This document shows, piece after piece, positions 51,790 through 58,017 of a stretch of DNA of 58,017 nucleotides (the stretch's first letter is position 1; each line of letters starts with the position of its first letter). The position numbers were made by a program, and so were the translations under genes. The stretch is from Octopus bimaculoides (Eukaryota): positions 29,190,443 to 29,248,459 of the forward strand of contig NC_068995.1 in assembly GCF_001194135.2 (NCBI RefSeq). Direction: 5' to 3'. Under the pieces are notes generated by a model. The model was not told the origin of the DNA and made no database searches. It saw only the letters and a list, made by a program, of their open reading frames with translations.

Positions 51790-53470
51790 CAATCCTTTCT
51801 ACTAAATGCACAAGGCCTGGCATTTGGGGTGGGGGATGAGTCGATTACATCAACCCCAGTGCTCAACTGGTACTTATTTTATCGACCCTGAAAGGATGAA
51901 AGGCAAAGTAGACCTCGGCGGGATTTGAACTCAGAATGTGAAGACGGACGAAATACCGCTAAGCATTTCGTCCAGAGTGCTAACGAATCTGCCAGTTCGC
52001 CGTCTTACCTTGCCAGCTAGCCGACAATACTAATAATAATCTTTTCTACTATAGGCACAAGGTCTGAAATTTTGTGGGAGAGGATAAGGCGATTACACCG
52101 ACTCCAGTGTGTAACTGGTACTTATTTCATTGACCCCCAAAAAGGATGAAAGGCAAAATCGATCGCGACGGAATTTGAACTCAGAACGCAGCGACGGGCA
52201 AAATACCGCTAAGCATTTCGTCCAGCATGCTAACGATTCAACTAGCTCGACGCCTTAATAATAACAAGGCCTGAAATTTGGTGGGGTTGGGACTAGTCGA
52301 TTACATCGGCCCCAGTGTTTCACTGTTACTTAATTTATCGACCTCAGTGGAATTTGAACTCAGAAAGTAGGGATCTTTTTGGTTTGACGGGCAACATTTT
52401 TCATTTATGTTTTATGTAGTGTTTTTGGTACCGAAACACTTTCAAACTTCGTATATTTGTATATTTTGTTTTATAGAACAGATAAAAATTTTTGTATTCG
52501 AAGTTATTTCATGTAAAAAGTTGTCGTATTTGTGTAACTTCAACCAATCACTGACGTCTATTGAGGTGAAAACAATTACTGCCGTAACGGTGTTATGGGA
52601 TTTTTTCCCTTGAATAAAATTAGTGCCGTTGTTTGTCAACAACAACTATCGGCGGTACTGNNNNNNNNNNNNNNNNNNNNNNNNNNNNNNNNNNNNNNNN
52701 NNNNNNNNNNNNNNNNNNNNNNNNNNNNNNNNNNNNNNNNNNNNNNNNNNNNNNNNNNNNNNNNNNNNNNNNNNNNNNNNNNNNNNNNNNNNNNNNNNNN
52801 NNNNNNNNNNNNNNNNNNNNNNNNNNNNNNNNNNNNNNNNNNNNNNNNNNNNNNNNNNNNNNNNNNNNNNNNNNNNNNNNNNNNNNNNNNNNNNNNNNNN
52901 NNNNNNNNNNNNNNNNNNNNNNNNNNNNNNNNNNNNNNNNNNNNNNNNNNNNNNNNNNNNNNNNNNNNNNNNNNNNNNNNNNNNNNNNNNNNNNNNNNNN
53001 NNNNNNNNNNNNNNNNNNNNNNNNNNNNNNNNNNNNNNNNNNNNNNNNNNNNNNNNNNNNNNNNNNNNNNNNNNNNNNNNNNNNNNNNNNNNNNNNNNNN
53101 NNNNNNNNNNNNNNNNNNNNACCATCGATAGTTGTTGTTGACAAACAACGGCACTAATTTTATTCAAGGGAAAAGATCCCATAACACCGTTACGGCAGTA
53201 ACTGTTTTCACCTCAATAGACGTCAGTGATTGGTTGAAATTACACAAATACGACATCTTTAACATGAAATAACTTATTAAGAACTAATTTTTGTTAAGAA
53301 GGCTAAGAGAAAAAGATGTTTTATATGACACATTCTACCAGTATCCCAAGTTTGAAAGTGTTTCGTTAAGAAAACAAGTGTTGCCCGTCAAACCAAAAAG
53401 ATTCGAAAGTAGCGACGGGCGAAATACCGCTAAGCATTTCGTCTTACGTGCTAACGATTCAGCCAGCTCA
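51790..53470 (-). mobile_element. Head-to-tail trimer of SINE family B; the third copy is split by a DNA transposon
   Basis: Copies lie at 51790-52010, 52030-52258, and 52262-52370 plus 53405-53470. Confidence 0.8.
52371..53404. mobile_element. Long-TIR foldback DNA transposon with an 8-bp TSD (Merlin-like MITE)
   Basis: TSD GAAAGTAG at 52363-70 and 53405-12. Ends are GGATCTTTTTGGTTTGACGGGCAACA / TGTTGCCCGTCAAACCAAAAAGATTC. Inverted arms run ~280 bp to a central N-gap. Confidence 0.8.
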
Positions 53471-53471
53471 T

Positions 53472-53503
<32 letters not shown>

Positions 53504-53529
53504 AAACAACAACAATAATAATAATAATA

Positions 53530-53880
53530 ATTAATTCGTTTTATTGTCCACAAGGGCTAATATCAATTAAAGACATATAAGGACAAAGACAGGACGAAGG
53601 TTACAAAAGGTTTTGTCCGAAAAGGTAGGAAAGTTCGTCTAAACAGAGGAAGAAAACGGAGNNNNNNNNNNAAGAAAGGAGTATAGAGCCCTTTCTCCTT
53701 TTACATTACCTTTTTTTTTTTTTACAGGTGTATTCTCAGAATTGGTCCGTTTATACTGGCCATTTTTCCAACAGTCACCCATCTTTCAGCGAATTTGCTA
53801 TGAGACAGCCCTTCCCTCTCTACTCTCATCTTCCTTTTCAAGTGGAACTTGAAAAAGTTGATGAGGCATAATAATAACAA
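53530..53880 (-). mobile_element. L1/Tx1-type LINE 3' end
   Basis: LINFFKFHLKRKMRVER..LS..KF.ERW..V.KMA...GPILRIHL*, then a 3' UTR ending CAATAAAACGAA and a (TTA)n tail. The family assignment is from recalled similarity. Confidence 0.55.
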
Positions 53881-54499
53881 TAATAAAGTGAAGATCAAAT
53901 AAATAGTGCGTATGTTTAATCGGTAAGAGATGATCATCTCCAAATATAACGTTTTCTCTTCGTTTTCTTTTCCTTGTGTCTGAAGGATTGGCAGTGTCGA
54001 TGGCCTTTGGAGGATATCCCCTTCACCCGTAAGACTGATTCCGTTAAGGAATTGCAAGTGACCCCCTGCATGGAAGCATGAGTATGGAGAGGAGATGGTT
54101 GACGTTAAGAGAGGCGATGCGGTCAGTGCATTGCCTAGGAACAAGACAATATTTGATATACTGTGGGACGGGATGGCCACAGTTGGAGCATCTTGGATTC
54201 CAAATTTGTTCGATCAGAGCTGATCTTCGGCTAAACAAAAACAATTTAAATAATAATTTAGAAAACTGTCGCAAATATTGCTAAGTACTGAAAATTCTCT
54301 CTTTTCTCTTATTCCTTGATCTTCCTTTCTATTCTCAGATTTATTTAGCAACGTTAAAATGTATTCACAATAAGAAAAACGAAAAAAAACAAACTATTTT
54401 CCTCGACTGCCGGCTCCCTTTTCTTCTTTGTATTCTTCATATTTTTTTAATTCCTTTTCTTCTGCTCTTCAGTCGTTTGTTCGTCCTCTATGCCTTATT

Positions 54500-54547
54500 T
54501 TTCTTCTTCTTCTTCTTCTTCTTCTTCTTCTTCTTCTTCTTCTTCTT

Positions 54548-54580
<33 letters not shown>

Positions 54581-54720
54581 CCTCTTCCTTCTTGATCTTC
54601 TTCATTGTTCTCCTCCCCTCCTCTCTTCCGCCATGTTCTTCCTCCCCTTCTTCATTGTTCTCCTCCTTTCTTCCTCCCCTCCTCCCCCTCTTTCTTCTTT
54701 ATATCTGTTTATCTCTATCT
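54500..54720. repeat. (CTT)n and C/T-rich low-complexity tract
   Basis: Seen directly. Confidence 0.9.
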
Positions 54721-55240
54721 CCCACTATCTCTATACTTCGCCACTGTTCTCAATACATCATCGTCGTCCTACTGGGTTTCTCAAGCAGTGAGACTAGGAA
54801 GATAATCACCTTTTGACCCAACTGATATGTTGTTTGATTCTTTGATGGATAGTGTGGGTGTCTGGCTGACTGGCTGCCTGGTTGGCCAGACAGTAATTTG
54901 ATGGATATTATCTGCTGGTTTAGAAGATAATATCTCAGACACGTGCGCGCACGCACGCACACACACAAACACACCCAAACACGCACGCACACAGAAACGT
55001 ATTCCAGACATGTATACATAAACGCATATACGACTATAGATTTATTCATGTATGTCTACATGTATGCTATGTATGGTGTACGTCATGTATACACAAAATC
55101 TCATAGTCTTTCATACACACATATATCTGTACGTACGTATGTGTTTTTGCATGTGTGTGTGTGAGTGTGTGTATGCGTACGTGTGTGCGTGTGCGCGTGT
55201 GTGTGCATATATATATACATATATATATATAGATATAGAT

Positions 55241-55315
<75 letters not shown>

Positions 55316-55325
55316 CTCACATATT

Positions 55326-55371
<46 letters not shown>

Positions 55372-55384
55372 CTTATAAACTGGC

Positions 55385-57935
55385 CCACAAATACTCTGGA
55401 GTTAGGCAAATGCCTACATCAGATAAAGCAGCAGCAGAATTACTCTTTAATCTAATGGACAAATACTTCCTGACTCAGCTAGTGCTCGAACCAACAAGAC
55501 ATAATAAAACGATCTTGGATCTAATATTAACCAACCACTTTAGTTCCGTTCACAGTATTTCAGTTGAAAAATCTCTCCTCTCAGACCGCTATATGATACT
55601 CTGCAATTTTAAATCCCGGCATATCAAAACCAAACTAGCCAATCGCACACCACTGCACTTGTTTGACAACATAAACTTCCACAAAGCGGATTGGGGAGCA
55701 ATCATTGAGGATCCGTCCACCATCGACTGGTCCTTCACTCTCAGTTCCACTCATATTGAGACCGCATGGCAGCACCCTGAGAACATTGTCACCTATACAT
55801 GCTCAAAACTCGCTCCTACGAAATCCACTAACACAAACAGAAACCGGCTCCCTAGAAAGAAAACACTCATCAGGTGCATCGAAAAACTAAAAAAAAAAAA
55901 AAATCAACCAAATAAAATTCTCCCGCATACAACATCCATAAGCAACAACAATGAAAAGACTGGAGTTGGATAAACTTCATCTGCAGACCGACATGGAAAC
56001 CTCCATTGAAAATTAAAGAGCTGCAGAGGAACAGTGGTTAATCAAAAACATCAACCAGAACCCAAAAGTGTTCTATTCTTATGCAAAGAAGCATAGAACC
56101 GCTGTCTCACCCTTTGGGTCATTGATCGATGATAACGGCATTCCCCAACACAATGCTAAAGAAATGGCAGAAATACTGTAGAAACAATACTGCTCTGTGT
56201 TTAATGATCCCACTGGTATTGACGTAAGAGAAGCGAACGAAGTTGCTTCCAACATAAAATCTCTGCCTCAGACATCATAGCAGCAATAAATGAGGTCAAA
56301 TACTATTCTGGTGTAGGCCCTGATAGATTCCCCGCTAGTCACCTGAATGAATGTTGACACCAACTTGCAGTTCCTTTGACCAACCTCTGGAGAAATTCTT
56401 TAGACTCAGGTTATATACTGAAACAGCTCCTATCCCAGTCTGTCATCCCGCTTTTCAAACAGGGAAACAGATCCCTCACAGTCAACTATCGCCCAATCTC
56501 ACTCACCTCCCACATCATTAAAGTGTTTGAAAGGGTGGTAAGATCAAGGACAGCTGACTTCTTGGAGATCCACAGATTCCTAAGTACAAATCAGCATGGC
56601 TTTCGCTGTGGCAGGGACTGTCTAACACAGCTCTTACACCACATTGAGGATATACTTAAAGCCTTAAGAACAGGTTCGAACTCTGATGTCATACATCTTA
56701 ACTTCAGTAAAGCGTTCGACAGTGTTGACTATAATATCTTACTCTAAAAATTAGCAAACGTTGGAATCCGTGGAAAACTTCTACACTGGATTAGATATTT
56801 CCTGGCGTATAGAACACATGTTATGGTCGATGGAGTTCACTCAAGCCCAGCAAAAGTCACCAGCGGTGTCCCTAGGGAGACTGTCTTCGGCCCGCTTCTC
56901 TTTATAATGTACATAAACGACCTTTCCAGCGTCGTAAATCACTGCAAAGTGAAAATATTTGCTGATGATACTAAGCTCCAGGAAATCATCAATGAAGAAG
57001 AAGACTAAACTCAACTCCAGTCTGATCCATATGCTGCGAGTCAATGGGCAGACAAAAACAAATGCAACTAAACGTGGGAAAATTTGAGTTGAAGCATTTT
57101 GGAAGAAAGACTAAACTAAAACAGCCATACTCTTTTTCTTCAAGGGAACCGCTCACAGCATCTAATAATATCAGAGACCTAGGTGCAATTGTTGATAACA
57201 ATCTCAGCTGGAGTAATCACATCAACAATAAGGTCGATATAGCTCGTAGGATGAGCTCCTGGATCTTAAGAACCTTCCAGTCCAGAGAACAAGGTGTCAT
57301 CATTCCACTTTTCTCCTCCTTTGTACGGCCACACCTCGAATACTGCTGTCCCCTGTGGTCTCCCCATACAAAACAAAACATCTCGAAAATTGAATCACCC
57401 ATAGGGCACTCACTAAACGAATTAAGGGCATGACTGATCTCGATTACTGGGACCGCCTTAAAGCCTTGAAACTCTATTCTCTCCAGCTCCACCGCGAGTG
57501 GTACATCATTTGCACGATATGGAGAATATACAGCCAGCATTGCCCAAACGGCCTGAACATTAGCTTCAAGTTTCATCCAAGGCTGGGACCATGGGCTATA
57601 AGTCCCCTGCTCCATTCAGGATCACAACATATAGGTTCACTGCGACACAATTTCTTTTCCTCAACAGCCCTGTCCTGTTTAACATTGCCCCAAAACTGAT
57701 CAAAGAGGAAAAGAATCCCATCACCTTTAATGGAGTCTGGACAAATTTTTTCAAGGAATACCAGATAAGCCAGCTATGAGTATAGCTGGATACAATTCTC
57801 TCAACAAGAACTCACTACTTGAATGGACCATAATACCACAAAACATGACTTTAAAAGAAGTTAGATAATCCTATCAGGTGGTGCTATTAAGTTAGACACG
57901 GCCTGGACCAATCTTTGGTCGAAACATATCTAAGT
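55385..57935 (+). mobile_element. 5'-truncated CR1-clade LINE ORF2 pseudogene (end of APE, RT, 3' UTR)
   Basis: EPTRHNKTILDLILTN..SDR, GPDRFP, NYRPISLTSHIIKVFE, NQHGFR, NFSKAFDSVD, SGVPRETVFGPLLF, FADDTKL, RPHLEYCCPLWSP. Multiple stops and frameshifts. Confidence 0.9.
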
Positions 57936-58017
57936 TTTATACATATATATATATTACATACAAATATGTACAGATATACACACACACACACACGCACACA
58001 CACACACACACACACAC

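Noticed and set aside
57901-57930. GACCAA-TCT-TTGGTC-GAAAC hairpin at the CR1 3' end
   Set aside because: It lacks the CUGANGA core and stem I. It is more simply explained as a LINE 3'-terminal stem-loop.

Overview
This is AT-rich, microsatellite-dense animal genomic DNA with many N-gaps. The repeat families look like Octopus (inference from recognisable SINE, LINE and Penelope-like families; not verified). No host protein-coding exon can be supported; most ORF-track entries are microsatellite or gap artefacts. The window is a mosaic of decayed mobile elements: an internally deleted L1/Tx1 LINE, several R4/Dong-type RLE LINE fragments, CR1, CRE and possible L2 fragments, mariner, maT and hAT transposase remnants, hAT and Merlin-like MITEs, two non-autonomous Helitrons, at least three tRNA-derived SINE families, and Penelope-like (GIY-YIG) fragments. 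The strongest signal that no ORF explains is RNA-level: about a dozen minimal type I hammerhead-ribozyme motifs, ranging from intact to relic and belonging to several sequence families. Most have a loop-less palindromic stem III, and many sit in head-to-head foldback duplications. The architecture matches Penelope pseudo-LTRs and retrozyme-like non-autonomous elements. Some copies carry unusual core variants (CUGUUGA, UUGAUGA, an extra nucleotide after A9). All structures were assigned by eye; no folding, alignment or database search was run.
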